Shown piece after piece: positions 7,986 through 18,086 of a stretch of DNA of 64,000 bases. Origin of the DNA: an uncultured Desulfobacter sp. (GTDB lineage Bacteria; Desulfobacterota; Desulfobacteria; Desulfobacterales; Desulfobacteraceae); contig OY762069.1 in NCBI GenBank assembly GCA_963665095.1, positions 6,080,001 through 6,144,000 on the forward strand. Reading direction: 5' to 3'. A model generated the notes under the pieces. The model worked only from the letters and a program-made list of their open reading frames with translations. It was not told the origin of the DNA and made no database searches. Position 1 is the stretch's first letter; each line of letters opens with the position of its first letter. The position numbers and the translations under genes were made by a program.

Positions 7986-10706
7986 ATGACCCTTCGCCGT
8001 TTTTCTTCAAGAACTGAACCGCTGGACACGGCATTTCTTTCCAAATCCCTTCAGAGTGCATCCAAATATTATCGAATAGCAGGATATTTTCGAAGTTCTA
8101 TCTTTGAACTGGTTGGGGAGGAGCTGTCAAAAATCCCCGATGTTAGAATCATCTGCAATTCAGAGTTGGACATGGTTGATTTCAAGATTGCAACCGGCCG
8201 TAATGTCGCTCTTAAAGAAAAGTGGAATAAGATTGATGTGGAGGCTGAAGCCCTGCTTCAAAAAGAGCGGTATAAAAAGTTGGATCAACTTCTTCAGGCA
8301 GGCAATGTTCAAATCAGAGTGGTTCCCAGGGAACTGCTTTTTCTCCATGGAAAGGCCGGAGTAATTCATTGCCCTGATGGTAAAAGAATATCATTCATTG
8401 GGTCTGTTAACGAATCGAAATCTGCTTTTTGCCACAATTACGAGCTGATTTGGCAGGATGATGATAAGGCCAGCGCCGATTGGGTAGAAGAAGAGTTTAA
8501 TGCACTATGGGAAGGTGGGGTGCCCTTGCCTGAAGCCATTCTGGCGGAGGTCAACCGTGTGGCCAATCGCCGGGAAGTGACCATAGAGGTGTTAAAACCA
8601 GCCCAGGTACCGGCGGCTGCCATGGCGGAAGCCCCAATATACCGTGGCGGTGAAGCCCTTCAAACATGGCAGCGTTCTTTTGTTACGCTGTTTCTTGAAC
8701 ATCGTGAAATTTACGGGAAAGCCCGGCTGCTTTTAGCGGATGAGGTTGGGGTGGGAAAAACCCTTTCCATGGCCACAAGTGCTTTGGTCAGTGCATTGCT
8801 TAATGACGGGCCGGTTTTAATTCTGGCTCCATCAACCCTTACTTTGCAATGGCAGGTTGAAATGCTGGACAAATTGGGCATTCCGTCAGCAGTATGGTCT
8901 TCTCAAAAAAAGGTCTGGCTCGGACCCCAGGGCCAGATGTTATCATCCAAGGGAGACCCGGCGGCCATAAAAAAGTGCCCATACACAATCGCAATTATCT
9001 CAACCGGGCTCATCATGCACCAGCGGGAGCATGGTGAGTTTATCAAAGAAGCGGGTATAATTCTTTCTCAGAAATTTGGCACCGTGATTCTGGATGAAGC
9101 CCATAAAGCAAGGGCAAAAGGCGGTTTCGGCGAAAAAGCGGCCCAGCCTAATAATCTGCTTTGCTTTATGCAGCAGATGGGCAGGCGTACACGTCATATG
9201 ATCCTGGGGACAGCAACACCTATTCAAACCGATGTTCGGGAACTGTGGGATCTTCTTGATGTTTTGAACTGTGGCGCGGATTTTGTCCTTGGGGATTCTC
9301 AGTCTGTCTGGAAAAACCATGAGCAGGGAATCCCAATGGCAACAGGCAAAATCAGGGTGACATCGGAAGAGCAGGCCTGGATTTGGCTGAATAATCCCTT
9401 ACCCCCTGCATCAGATCACCCGGTGATTCAAAATATTCGGGAAATCCAGGGAATCCCTTCTGATACATTTTACTGTTCCCATGATTTTGAAAATCTTGAT
9501 TATATGGTCAAAAGTATATGGCTGTCTCAATGCCTTGACCCTGAATTTTTTAAAAGCAACAATCCTATTTTGCGGCATACGGTACTTCGGAAAAGAAAAC
9601 AGTTGGAAGAGGACGGGCTCCTGGAAAAGGTTGGGGTGAATATTCATCCGAACAGAATTAATCCGGGCCAATACCAGCATCGTTTTATAGATCTTGGGAT
9701 ACCCACAAATACTCCCTTTGAAGTGGCTTATGAACAGGCAGAAAAATTCAGCCAATTGCTGCAAAAGAGGACCAAAGCCGGCGGGTTCATGAAATCCCTT
9801 ATGCTTCAGCGCATCTGCTCAAGTTTTGCTTCCGGGCTCAGTACCGCCCGAAAAATGCTCCAGCACTCAATTTCAAATGAAGATGAAGATAATGCTGACA
9901 AGGTTGAACATATTCTGTCGGACATGTCACCTGCGGAAAGTGCCTGTTTGAAAGAAATCGAAATTCAGCTTTCCAGACCGGAAGCTGTAGATTCAAAGCT
10001 CAATACAGTTAAATGGTTTTTAACAGAGTTCCGGACAGAGGGGAAAACCTGGGCAGAGCATGGATGTATTATTTTCAGCCAGTATTACGATACTGCCCAG
10101 TGGATCGCACAAGAACTTGCAAAGGAAATTTCTGATGAGGTAATCGCTGTATACGCAGGCGTTGGGAAAAGCGGTTTGTTCCGGGATAATGAATTTAACG
10201 CTGTTGAACGAGAGGTTATTAAATCCGCTGTAAGAGCCAAAGATATCCATATTGTGGTTGCCACAGATGCAGCCTGTGAGGGTTTAAATCTTCAGACTTT
10301 GGGTACGTTGATTAATATTGATCTGCCTTGGAACCCGTCACGCCTTGAACAGCGCCTGGGTAGAATCAAAAGATTTGGACAGGCCAGAAAGTTCGTTGAT
10401 ATGCTGAACCTGGTATACAGCGGCACCCAAGACGAGAAAATTTATAATGTGCTTTCTGAACGCCTCAAAGACACCTATGACATTTTCGGAAGCCTTCCTG
10501 ACACCATAGACGACGACTGGATTGATGAGGAAGAAAAAATAAAAGAACGGATGGATGAATATATCCATGAAAGAGACAAAGCCCAAAATGCATTTTCCAT
10601 GAAATATCAATCCACCCTTAATCCTGAAGCCCACCTTTGGGAAAAATGTGCAGAGGTCCTTTCCCGTAGAGATATCATAAACAAACTTAGTGAACCATGG
10701 CGATGA
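7986..10706 (+). CDS. PLD-like nuclease fused to SNF2-family helicase; restriction-like system gene D
   Basis: LHGK..GSVNES (PLD HxK); LADEVGVGKT, DEAH, TATP, EGLNLQ, PWNPSRLEQRLGRI helicase motifs. Confidence 0.9.
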   Translation: MTLRRFSSRTEPLDTAFLSKSLQSASKYYRIAGYFRSSIFELVGEELSKIPDVRIICNSELDMVDFKIATGRNVALKEKWNKIDVEAEALLQKERYKKLDQLLQAGNVQIRVVPRELLFLHGKAGVIHCPDGKRISFIGSVNESKSAFCHNYELIWQDDDKASADWVEEEFNALWEGGVPLPEAILAEVNRVANRREVTIEVLKPAQVPAAAMAEAPIYRGGEALQTWQRSFVTLFLEHREIYGKARLLLADEVGVGKTLSMATSALVSALLNDGPVLILAPSTLTLQWQVEMLDKLGIPSAVWSSQKKVWLGPQGQMLSSKGDPAAIKKCPYTIAIISTGLIMHQREHGEFIKEAGIILSQKFGTVILDEAHKARAKGGFGEKAAQPNNLLCFMQQMGRRTRHMILGTATPIQTDVRELWDLLDVLNCGADFVLGDSQSVWKNHEQGIPMATGKIRVTSEEQAWIWLNNPLPPASDHPVIQNIREIQGIPSDTFYCSHDFENLDYMVKSIWLSQCLDPEFFKSNNPILRHTVLRKRKQLEEDGLLEKVGVNIHPNRINPGQYQHRFIDLGIPTNTPFEVAYEQAEKFSQLLQKRTKAGGFMKSLMLQRICSSFASGLSTARKMLQHSISNEDEDNADKVEHILSDMSPAESACLKEIEIQLSRPEAVDSKLNTVKWFLTEFRTEGKTWAEHGCIIFSQYYDTAQWIAQELAKEISDEVIAVYAGVGKSGLFRDNEFNAVEREVIKSAVRAKDIHIVVATDAACEGLNLQTLGTLINIDLPWNPSRLEQRLGRIKRFGQARKFVDMLNLVYSGTQDEKIYNVLSERLKDTYDIFGSLPDTIDDDWIDEEEKIKERMDEYIHERDKAQNAFSMKYQSTLNPEAHLWEKCAEVLSRRDIINKLSEPWR

Positions 10707-11480
10707 TTCATTTTCCTATAAGTTGGTAATGATTCGGAAGATTAAAAACGAAAAATTTTAGGCGAGGACTATGCAAAACACAAAGTCCATTTTCCAGGTA
10801 ACAGTTACCCCAGACTATCCCTGTCAGTACACACTTTTTAAATCCTCAAACCGGCGAGCAATATTACGTGTATCCTGGGGGTTCCGATTCCTACTAATTC
10901 AAATTTTTTAGCAGACCGCAATAATGGTATCTAAGCTCGTTTTTTCTCCCGACCCCCAACCACAACATCTGGTATGTGGCCATATTCTGAACTTGTGGGA
11001 AAAATCAAGATTATGCCCTGTTAAATTTTATTTCCAGGAAAGCCCGGATTACATTTAATATAATCCTGCCTCTGATTGAATCCCGACAAAGGCGATCCTT
11101 TTGTCTATGACCTGTCGCTATTGTTCCGAAAAGGACCATAAGTACTGGCGTTTCTATTATCGGGAATTTGGATTGGGCAATTCTCTTCAGATTTTTACTG
11201 GAAGATATTTCAATCCAACCAATGGTCTCATTGTCAGAAATTATTCCAAAATACTCCAGGGTAGGGGCCAGTAGGTGAGGTTCTTTTTGAATTGCCCGGA
11301 AAACGCTTGTGCCGGAGGCATGTGCACTTGATCTGTGATTGGCGGATTATGTATGTTTTATGCAATAATCGGAAAAACTCACGTCAGTTAACAGCGTGAA
11401 AATGATGGAATAATAGTGTACGCTGTATTCAACTTTCAAGATAGTATCGAACTCTATTAAAAGGGTATAAACGAAACGTT

Positions 11481-12464
11481 ATGAATTCAAGGCAGAGAGT
11501 ATTAAATGCATTACGCCTGGAGCCCACCGACCGGGTTCCCTTTTGTGATGCGGTGGATGATGAGTTGCAGGTAAAAATTATGGGGAGACCTGATTTTGAT
11601 GACGCTGATCTTGCCCGGAAACTTGGGCTGGACGGACTCATTTCAAGCCACAACATCTATGCCACCCCCACCTGTGCGCGTCATATCAGCGAAAACGGCA
11701 GATCCTTCATGGGCCACGGCCTGATTCGGGACCACAGGGATCTTTCACAGGTCAAACTGCCGGATTCCAGTGCTCCCGGCTTTTTTGATGAACTTGAACG
11801 GGCAGTTGAAAAAAATGAAAAAGCGGGGCTTCCAACCATTACAGCCCTGTACTACGGTGCTACAGAGTGTGTCATTGACTCCATGGGCCTTGAACGATTC
11901 TCCTTTGCCCTGTACGACAATCTTGGGTTCATTGAAACCCTTCTGGAGTTGTATATTGAGTACTATATCAACCTGATTGGACGACTCAATGCCATTGGCG
12001 TGGACTGTGTTGTCTACTATGATAATTTTTCCTACAACACAGGCCCCATGATCTCTCCCAACACATTCAGGGAGATCTTTCTCCCCCGGGAAAAACAGCT
12101 GGGCGATACCTTTAAAATCCCGTGGGTACTCCATATGGACGGTAATATCTCACAATTGATGCCGGACCTGTTACCCCTGGGCATGAACGGACTGCACCCA
12201 ATTCAGGATACCAATCCCCAGACCAACCTGAAAGATTTCAAGGCCCGGTATGGCGACGTCCTGTGTTTATGGGGCAACGTCAATATCGAACGCGTCTTGG
12301 CAACAGGCTCGCCGGAAGATGTAAAAGCCGAAGTCAGACGGTGTTTTGAGCAGGGAGCCCAGGGCGGCGGGTACATTATCGGCAGCTCCAACAGTCTGGT
12401 AGATTTTCTGCCCCTTGAAAACGTCCTGGCAATGGCCGACAGCATCAGAACATATCCGTCATAA
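11481..12464 (+). CDS. Uroporphyrinogen decarboxylase/MtaA-CmuA family protein
   Basis: MNSRQRV...DRVP start, LHMDGN, GNVN, GGGYIIGSSN and ENVLAM motifs. Confidence 0.8.
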   Translation: MNSRQRVLNALRLEPTDRVPFCDAVDDELQVKIMGRPDFDDADLARKLGLDGLISSHNIYATPTCARHISENGRSFMGHGLIRDHRDLSQVKLPDSSAPGFFDELERAVEKNEKAGLPTITALYYGATECVIDSMGLERFSFALYDNLGFIETLLELYIEYYINLIGRLNAIGVDCVVYYDNFSYNTGPMISPNTFREIFLPREKQLGDTFKIPWVLHMDGNISQLMPDLLPLGMNGLHPIQDTNPQTNLKDFKARYGDVLCLWGNVNIERVLATGSPEDVKAEVRRCFEQGAQGGGYIIGSSNSLVDFLPLENVLAMADSIRTYPS

Positions 12465-12503
12465 AATGCTATAACACAGCGCTACAAAAGGAAAACAAAC
12501 ACC

Positions 12504-12614
12504 ATGGTTGATCACCTCTTTGTATCCGGCACCCTGAAACCCGGAGAATCCAATGTCCGCGAATTAGACGGCATGGACGGCTGTTGCTGCATTTTTTGCC
12601 AATTAAGACGTTGA
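12504..12614 (+). pseudogene. Gamma-glutamylcyclotransferase (AIG2-like) N-terminal remnant
   Basis: Hand translation MVDHLFVSGTLKPGESN matches the family motif LFVYGTLxxGxxN; stops after 36 codons. Confidence 0.5.
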
Positions 12615-13087
12615 CTGCTTGTGTTCTTGGTGAGGCTTTTCATTCAGGCACTAAATAGCGCCGGAATACAAGGGTCACAAAAAATTATTTGTTCCAGCCT
12701 GCCAGCACACATTGAACAGCAATCCATTTTTCAATGATTGCTGTCAGCCCTCTGCGTTTCTCAAATTTTAAATTTCCCGGACAACAGCATAGATTACAAT
12801 CTGTGCTGTTATTTCTATTTTCCAGTGAACGGCCGGTCGTCCGTAATGGCCCAGTATTACATCCAGCAAAAACACAAGGGGCAAGAAAAAAAGGAAAAAC
12901 ATTGCATGAACAGCCATGTCAGATTATAACACTGCGGATAAATTGTTTGGTGTTTGGGCAAAAACGCATTACCTGTTGCGTTGCAGAAAAAGTATGCATC
13001 CGGGCAAATCTTGTCCGGACAATGAAACCTAAGGTTTCCACCAGACACTATTATGGGAAAAACATAACGCTTTTTAAGGGAGGAGAA

Positions 13088-14167
13088 ATGAACAGGAAAA
13101 TGCGTATTCTTTCAGCAGCAGTCATTACCGTCTGCCTGACATTGGGATCGGCATTGCCGGCACTGGCCAAAAAAGTGCTGTTAAAAGTGCCCTGCTCAGT
13201 GACCTTTGGTGTGCCTATTTTAGGCGAGGATATCGTTGGCACCATTGCAAACACGGTAAACACCGCCAGCAACGGTACCCTGATGATGAAGCTCTATGCA
13301 CCGGGCAAACTGGTTCCCGCCCTGGAGGTTTTGGATGCGGTGAGCTCCGGCAAGACCAATGCCGGCTATACAGCCGCCTTTTACTATGCAGGTAAAAATC
13401 CGGCCAGCGTCCTGTTCAGTTCCTTCCCCTTTGGTCCGGATCCGGAAGAGTATCTCTCATGGTACTACTACGGCAACGGACTGAAACTGTACCAGGAGAT
13501 GTATGACTACTACGGGTACAACGTCAAGGTGCTGCCGGCCGGTATTATCAGTGCCGAGACCTCTGGCTGGTTTACCAAACCCATTGAAAAGGTTGAGGAT
13601 CTCAAAGGTATTAAAATGCGGATCTCCGGCATTGGGGGAAAAGTGGTCTCAAAGCTTGGGGTGGCTGTCACTATGCTGCCGCCCGGTGAGATTTTCCAGG
13701 CCCTGGAAAAAGGGCTGATTGATGCCACGGAATTTTCCCTTCCCGTGTGCGACGCGCCGTTAGGATTCTATAAAGTGGCAAAGTACAACTACTTCCCGGG
13801 CTGGCATCAGCCCTCCACGGTTCAGGAGCTTTTAATTAACAAAGATACCTGGAACTCCCTGGATGACGCCCAGAAAACCCTGATCGAAAGCGCCTGCATG
13901 GCCGCCACCCTGAAATCCCTTGCCATGAGCAACGGTATGCAGGGCAAGGTGATCAAGGAGAACGCCGAGAAACACGGGGTTAAAAACCTCTACTGGTCCC
14001 AAGAGATGCTGGCCGCCTTCAAGGCTGCCTGGCAGGAGGTAGCTGAGGAAGAAGCTGCCAAAGATCCCATGTTCAAAAAGACCTGGGAAGATCTGAAACA
14101 GTTCCGGGCAGAGTACAAAAAATGGGCGGATGTTGGATTTCTGCCCCGTTCTCTGTCTGGTGAATAA
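13088..14167 (+). CDS. dctP: TRAP transporter substrate-binding protein (DctP family)
   Basis: GGAGGAG RBS before ATG 13088, signal peptide, DLKGIKMRI and PGWHQP motifs. Confidence 0.9.
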   Translation: MNRKMRILSAAVITVCLTLGSALPALAKKVLLKVPCSVTFGVPILGEDIVGTIANTVNTASNGTLMMKLYAPGKLVPALEVLDAVSSGKTNAGYTAAFYYAGKNPASVLFSSFPFGPDPEEYLSWYYYGNGLKLYQEMYDYYGYNVKVLPAGIISAETSGWFTKPIEKVEDLKGIKMRISGIGGKVVSKLGVAVTMLPPGEIFQALEKGLIDATEFSLPVCDAPLGFYKVAKYNYFPGWHQPSTVQELLINKDTWNSLDDAQKTLIESACMAATLKSLAMSNGMQGKVIKENAEKHGVKNLYWSQEMLAAFKAAWQEVAEEEAAKDPMFKKTWEDLKQFRAEYKKWADVGFLPRSLSGE

Positions 14168-14183
14168 CTAAATATCCGGAACT

Positions 14184-14744
14184 ATGTCCAGCCGTACCAG
14201 CGAAAAACCCGAAGTGCCCCGTGGACCTGTGACCATGCTCGTCAGCGTCATTGAGAAGGCAGTCCTGGGAATCGGTAAAACCGTTTCCTGGCTCAATATC
14301 ATTCTGATGCTGATTATCCTGGTCCAGGTGATATTAAGATATCTCTTCAACCTTGGCTCTGTGGCTCTGGAAGAGCTGCAGTGGCATCTTTATGCCGTGG
14401 GCATCATGACAGGGCTCTCCTATGCCATGACGGAAGATACCCATGTACGGCTGGACCTGCTCCATGCCCGATTGCGAAGAAAAACCCGTGCCTGGATTGA
14501 TATTATCGGCATCCTTGTGCTGGTGCTGCCCTGGTGTTATGTGATCATCCACCATGGAATGGATTTTGTGGCTGCATCCTGGCGGGTCAAGGAGGCGTCT
14601 GCTTCGCCCACAGGTCTTCCCTGTTATTACATTATTAAATCCGTGATCCCCGTCAGTTTCGGGCTGCTGGTCCTTGCGGCCGTGGCCCGGCTTTTACGGA
14701 TGTGCCTGGTGATTGCCGGAAAAGGGGGTGCCCATGACGCATGA
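14184..14744 (+). CDS. dctQ: TRAP transporter small permease
   Basis: Four hydrophobic segments, EELQWHL and HVRLD motifs. Confidence 0.9.
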   Translation: MSSRTSEKPEVPRGPVTMLVSVIEKAVLGIGKTVSWLNIILMLIILVQVILRYLFNLGSVALEELQWHLYAVGIMTGLSYAMTEDTHVRLDLLHARLRRKTRAWIDIIGILVLVLPWCYVIIHHGMDFVAASWRVKEASASPTGLPCYYIIKSVIPVSFGLLVLAAVARLLRMCLVIAGKGGAHDA

Positions 14745-16119
14745 AGATATTCTGGTCATCGCCATGATGCTCTCCTTTATCGGGCTGTTGTTCACAGGGT
14801 TTCCAATTGCACTGATCCTGGGAGGCGTTTCCGTCCTGTTTGCCGGTATCGGCTATGTGTCCGACCTTTACTTCGGCACCATGACCGGCCTTGATTTCAT
14901 GTCCGTGGGCATGGAGGTGAACCGGATTTTTGCCATCATGACCAACTGGATCATGGTGGCCCTGCCCATGTTCATTTTCATGGGACTGATGCTGGACAGG
15001 TCCGGCATTGCCGAAAATATGATGCAGAGCATCCAGGTGCTTTTCGGACGGGTCCGGGGCGGGCTTGCCGTCACGGTGACGCTGATCGGCATTATCCTTG
15101 CGGCAAGCACAGGCATTATCGGGGCCTCCGTGGTACTGCTGGGACTTTTGTCCATGCCGGTGATGCTGAACCAGGGGTATTCAAAATCCCTGGCCGCCGG
15201 CACCATCTGCGGGGCAGGCACCCTGGGAATTCTGATCCCGCCCTCCATCATGCTGGTGATGATGGCGGACCGTTTGAGCGTTTCAGTGGGCGATCTGTTC
15301 ATGGGGGCGCTCTTTCCCGGGCTTCTGCTCTCCGCCCTGTACATCATTTACATCCTGGTGCTGGCCTGGTTTTCACCGGAACAGGCACCCCTTGTGCCGG
15401 ACCAGCCGCCCTTGACCTGGCGCCTGGCAGGAAGGGCGTTAAAAACCTGCATCCCGCCGGTGATTCTGATCTTTGCCGTGCTTGGCACCATCTCCTTAGG
15501 CCTTGCCACGCCCACCGAGGCCAGCGGCATCGGTGCCCTGGGCGGCCTTATCCTTACCATTATTAATAAGCGGTTCAGTTTCAAAGCCCTCAAAGAGGTG
15601 GTACACCAGACCTTTTCCATCACGGCTTACGTGTTTGCCATTGTCATCGGTGCCACCTGTTTTGCCCTTGTCTTAAGGGAGTTGGGCGGGGATGCCCTGG
15701 TGGAAGAGACCTTGAGAAGCCTTCCCTTTGGTCCTTACGGTATTGTGGCCTTTATCCTGACCATTGTCTTTTTCTTAGGATTTTTCCTGGACTGGATTGA
15801 GATCACCCTGATCATCCTGCCCCTGCTGGCACCGGTGGTCCCGACCCTGGGCATTGATCTCGGGGTCTGGCCCAACATTGACAACCCCACCCTGATCTGG
15901 TTTGCCATCCTGGTGGCTGTGGTGCTGCAGACCTCGTTTCTTACCCCGCCTGTGGGGTTTGCCATCTTTTACCTGCGCGGGGTCTGCCCGGACAGCGTAA
16001 AACTTAAACATCTATATAAAGGCGTGGTCCCCTTTATCATTCTCCAGCTTATCGGGCTGGCCATCCTGGTCATCTGGCCTAAAATTATTTTATGGCTGCC
16101 TTCGGTGGCTTACCAATAG
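14734..16119 (+). CDS. dctM: TRAP transporter large permease
   Basis: GTLGILIPPS, TPTEA and TPPVG motifs; ATG overlaps dctQ end. Confidence 0.9.
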   Translation: MTHEDILVIAMMLSFIGLLFTGFPIALILGGVSVLFAGIGYVSDLYFGTMTGLDFMSVGMEVNRIFAIMTNWIMVALPMFIFMGLMLDRSGIAENMMQSIQVLFGRVRGGLAVTVTLIGIILAASTGIIGASVVLLGLLSMPVMLNQGYSKSLAAGTICGAGTLGILIPPSIMLVMMADRLSVSVGDLFMGALFPGLLLSALYIIYILVLAWFSPEQAPLVPDQPPLTWRLAGRALKTCIPPVILIFAVLGTISLGLATPTEASGIGALGGLILTIINKRFSFKALKEVVHQTFSITAYVFAIVIGATCFALVLRELGGDALVEETLRSLPFGPYGIVAFILTIVFFLGFFLDWIEITLIILPLLAPVVPTLGIDLGVWPNIDNPTLIWFAILVAVVLQTSFLTPPVGFAIFYLRGVCPDSVKLKHLYKGVVPFIILQLIGLAILVIWPKIILWLPSVAYQ

Positions 16120-16518
16120 AAAACAGCAGGATCGAACCCCGCCTAAAACCCTAAAAACGGGGCTGCATACCGGACAGCGGTAAAGAGAATAATCCCTGTG
16201 AGAATCAGTTTGATCAGGCCGGCTGGCATTAAAGGAATCACGGCTGATTATGGCAGAGGTCAAGGCGCCCCTGGTGGTGCTGTACAAAGGGAAAGAAGAG
16301 CCGGCATGCACGGCGGAAAACCTGTTTTATGAGGGGATTGAGCAGATCCATGAGGGCGTGATCAACACCGCGTATACATGCGCACCCAGGACGGGACAAC
16401 GCTATGCGCCATCGCATCCACCCAGGGGACCCGCCAGCTGGCGCGTCATGCGGGTGACCCTTTATGGGCAGCCTTCAGCTGCTTTTCCGTTGTGCTGAAT
16501 GTAGACTGACTTTTTAAA

Positions 16519-17295
16519 TTACCTGTCCTCCCATTCCACAGTGGTTTTATTTAAAAATGCGCTGATACCGTTCTGGGCATCAAAAGAGGTATTATTCATA
16601 ACAATGGTGTTCTTGCCGTAGTGCAGTGCCTGGGCATCTGTCATATCTGCCTGGGCGTATAGTCCCTGCTTGCCGACGGCCAGGGCAAACCCGCTGGCCT
16701 GGGAGATCTGCTCTGCCAGTTTTATGGCTTCGGTATCCAGATCCTCCAGGGGTACCACCCGGTTGACCAGCCCTAACTCTTTGGCTTCTGCCGCAGGAAA
16801 ATCTCTGCCCGTGAGCAGCATCTCCATGGCCGCCTTTCTGCCAATGGCCCGGGTAATGGCCACCATGGGGGTGGTGCAGAACAAGCCGATTTTAACCCCC
16901 GGTGTGGAAAACCGCGCATTGTCGGCCGCCACCACAAGATCACACCAGGCAGCCAGCTGGCACCCGGCTGCTGTGGCAATCCCCTGGACCGCGCCGATCA
17001 CCACCTGGGGGATTTCATGCAGCATCATCATCATCCGGGAGCACTGGTCAAAAACCTCTTTGTACGCCCGTGTCCCCCGGTCCACCAGTTCAGGCAGATT
17101 ATGACCGGCGCAAAAATGCTTACCGCTGGCCTTCACAATCAGCACCTTCATGGATTCATCCCCGGCAGCCTGTTCCAGGACATGGGTCATCTCCCGGATT
17201 TTTTGCAGAGACAGGGCATTAATTTTTTCAGGCGTGTTCAAGGTTAAAATACCAATGGCGCTGGTCTGGGAAAAAAGAATCTCCTGGTAATCCAT
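16519..17295 (-). CDS. Enoyl-CoA hydratase/isomerase family protein
   Basis: FCAGHNL, ATAAGCQL, TPGVKIGLFC and GLVNRVVP crotonase motifs. Confidence 0.9.
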   Translation of the reverse strand: MDYQEILFSQTSAIGILTLNTPEKINALSLQKIREMTHVLEQAAGDESMKVLIVKASGKHFCAGHNLPELVDRGTRAYKEVFDQCSRMMMMLHEIPQVVIGAVQGIATAAGCQLAAWCDLVVAADNARFSTPGVKIGLFCTTPMVAITRAIGRKAAMEMLLTGRDFPAAEAKELGLVNRVVPLEDLDTEAIKLAEQISQASGFALAVGKQGLYAQADMTDAQALHYGKNTIVMNNTSFDAQNGISAFLNKTTVEWEDR

Positions 17296-17519
17296 GTGAC
17301 GTCTCCAGTTTAGAAGGATTGAAAAATAAGGCCCGCTGGCCGGATGAATATGTTGTCCTTAACATAACAGTAATATGCTGTCAATTTGCGCAGGACAGCC
17401 CGATGAGGGCAATGATTTTAAAAAAACATAAGGATTTTTTAGACAGCGATTCCTGGAATTCGTATGCTTTAAGGGTAATCGTAAAAAACGGGGTGCGTCC
17501 CAATTTCTCCAATTTTTTA

Positions 17520-17549
17520 TTGACAGGTATGTTTACCTACTATACATTT
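17520..17549 (+). promoter_or_regulatory. Sigma70 promoter of marR overlapped by a palindromic operator
   Basis: TTGACA (17520) - 17 nt - TACATT (17543); overlaps TATGTTTACCTACTATACATTT, which recurs inverted at 18048-18069. Confidence 0.65.
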
Positions 17550-17554
17550 TGTGC

Positions 17555-18034
17555 ATGAATAAACGAATCCAGAATTTAACGGCCATGGAAAAACGAACCC
17601 AGCAACTGGTGAATACCCTTGTCCGGGTGGTGAACAAAGCAGTGGCAAACGAGAAAAAACCCCGACATTTCGGTGTTCCCGAGCTGATGCATGCATCAGA
17701 GATTCATATGGTGATGCATATCGGGGACAACCACGGCGTACATATATCGGAACTTGCAAGACTTTGCGGCATCACCCGGGGCGCGGTCTCCCAGCTGGTG
17801 GCCAAACTGGAGAAAAAGGGACTGGTGGCCAAGACGGAAGATCCGCAGAACAGCCTGAAGACCGTCCCCATGCTCACTAATAAAGGGAAAGTGGCCTACT
17901 TTGCCCATGCTCAGCACCATGAGGAGATGGACCGGGATCTGTTCGAGTTTATCAACCGCCTGGATGAAGACCAGTTCTCTTTAATTGAAGATTTTTTAAA
18001 CCATCTGGAGAAGATGGCGGACCGGCGAAAATAG
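17555..18034 (+). CDS. MarR-family transcriptional regulator
   Basis: wHTH ISELARLCGITRGAVSQLVAKLEKKGLV...LTNKG. Confidence 0.9.
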   Translation: MNKRIQNLTAMEKRTQQLVNTLVRVVNKAVANEKKPRHFGVPELMHASEIHMVMHIGDNHGVHISELARLCGITRGAVSQLVAKLEKKGLVAKTEDPQNSLKTVPMLTNKGKVAYFAHAQHHEEMDRDLFEFINRLDEDQFSLIEDFLNHLEKMADRRK

Positions 18035-18047
18035 TTTTTTTTGTCAT

Positions 18048-18069
18048 AAATGTATAGCAACTAAACATA
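18048..18069. promoter_or_regulatory. Second copy of putative MarR operator
   Basis: AAATGTATAGCAACTAAACATA is the reverse complement of 17528-17549 at 19/22 positions; internal dyad ATGTwTAG-N3-CTAwACAT. Confidence 0.65.
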
Positions 18070-18086
18070 AGAGAGAGGGTTTTAAA

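Noticed and set aside
10872..10895. tRNA T-arm-like GGGGGTTCCGATTCC as a possible att site
   Set aside because: Imperfect T loop, no acceptor stem or CCA, and no integrase or partner repeat in the window.
10958..10976. NrdR-box-like CCACAACATCTGGT
   Set aside because: Single copy with no ribonucleotide reductase or replication gene adjacent; may be chance.
12734..13087. N-terminal extension of dctP in the ORF track
   Set aside because: Strong RBS and signal peptide begin at 13088; the extension looks like non-coding promoter DNA.
16250..16498. 82-aa ORF between dctM and the enoyl-CoA hydratase
   Set aside because: No recognisable motif or clear RBS; may be a gene fragment but cannot be supported.
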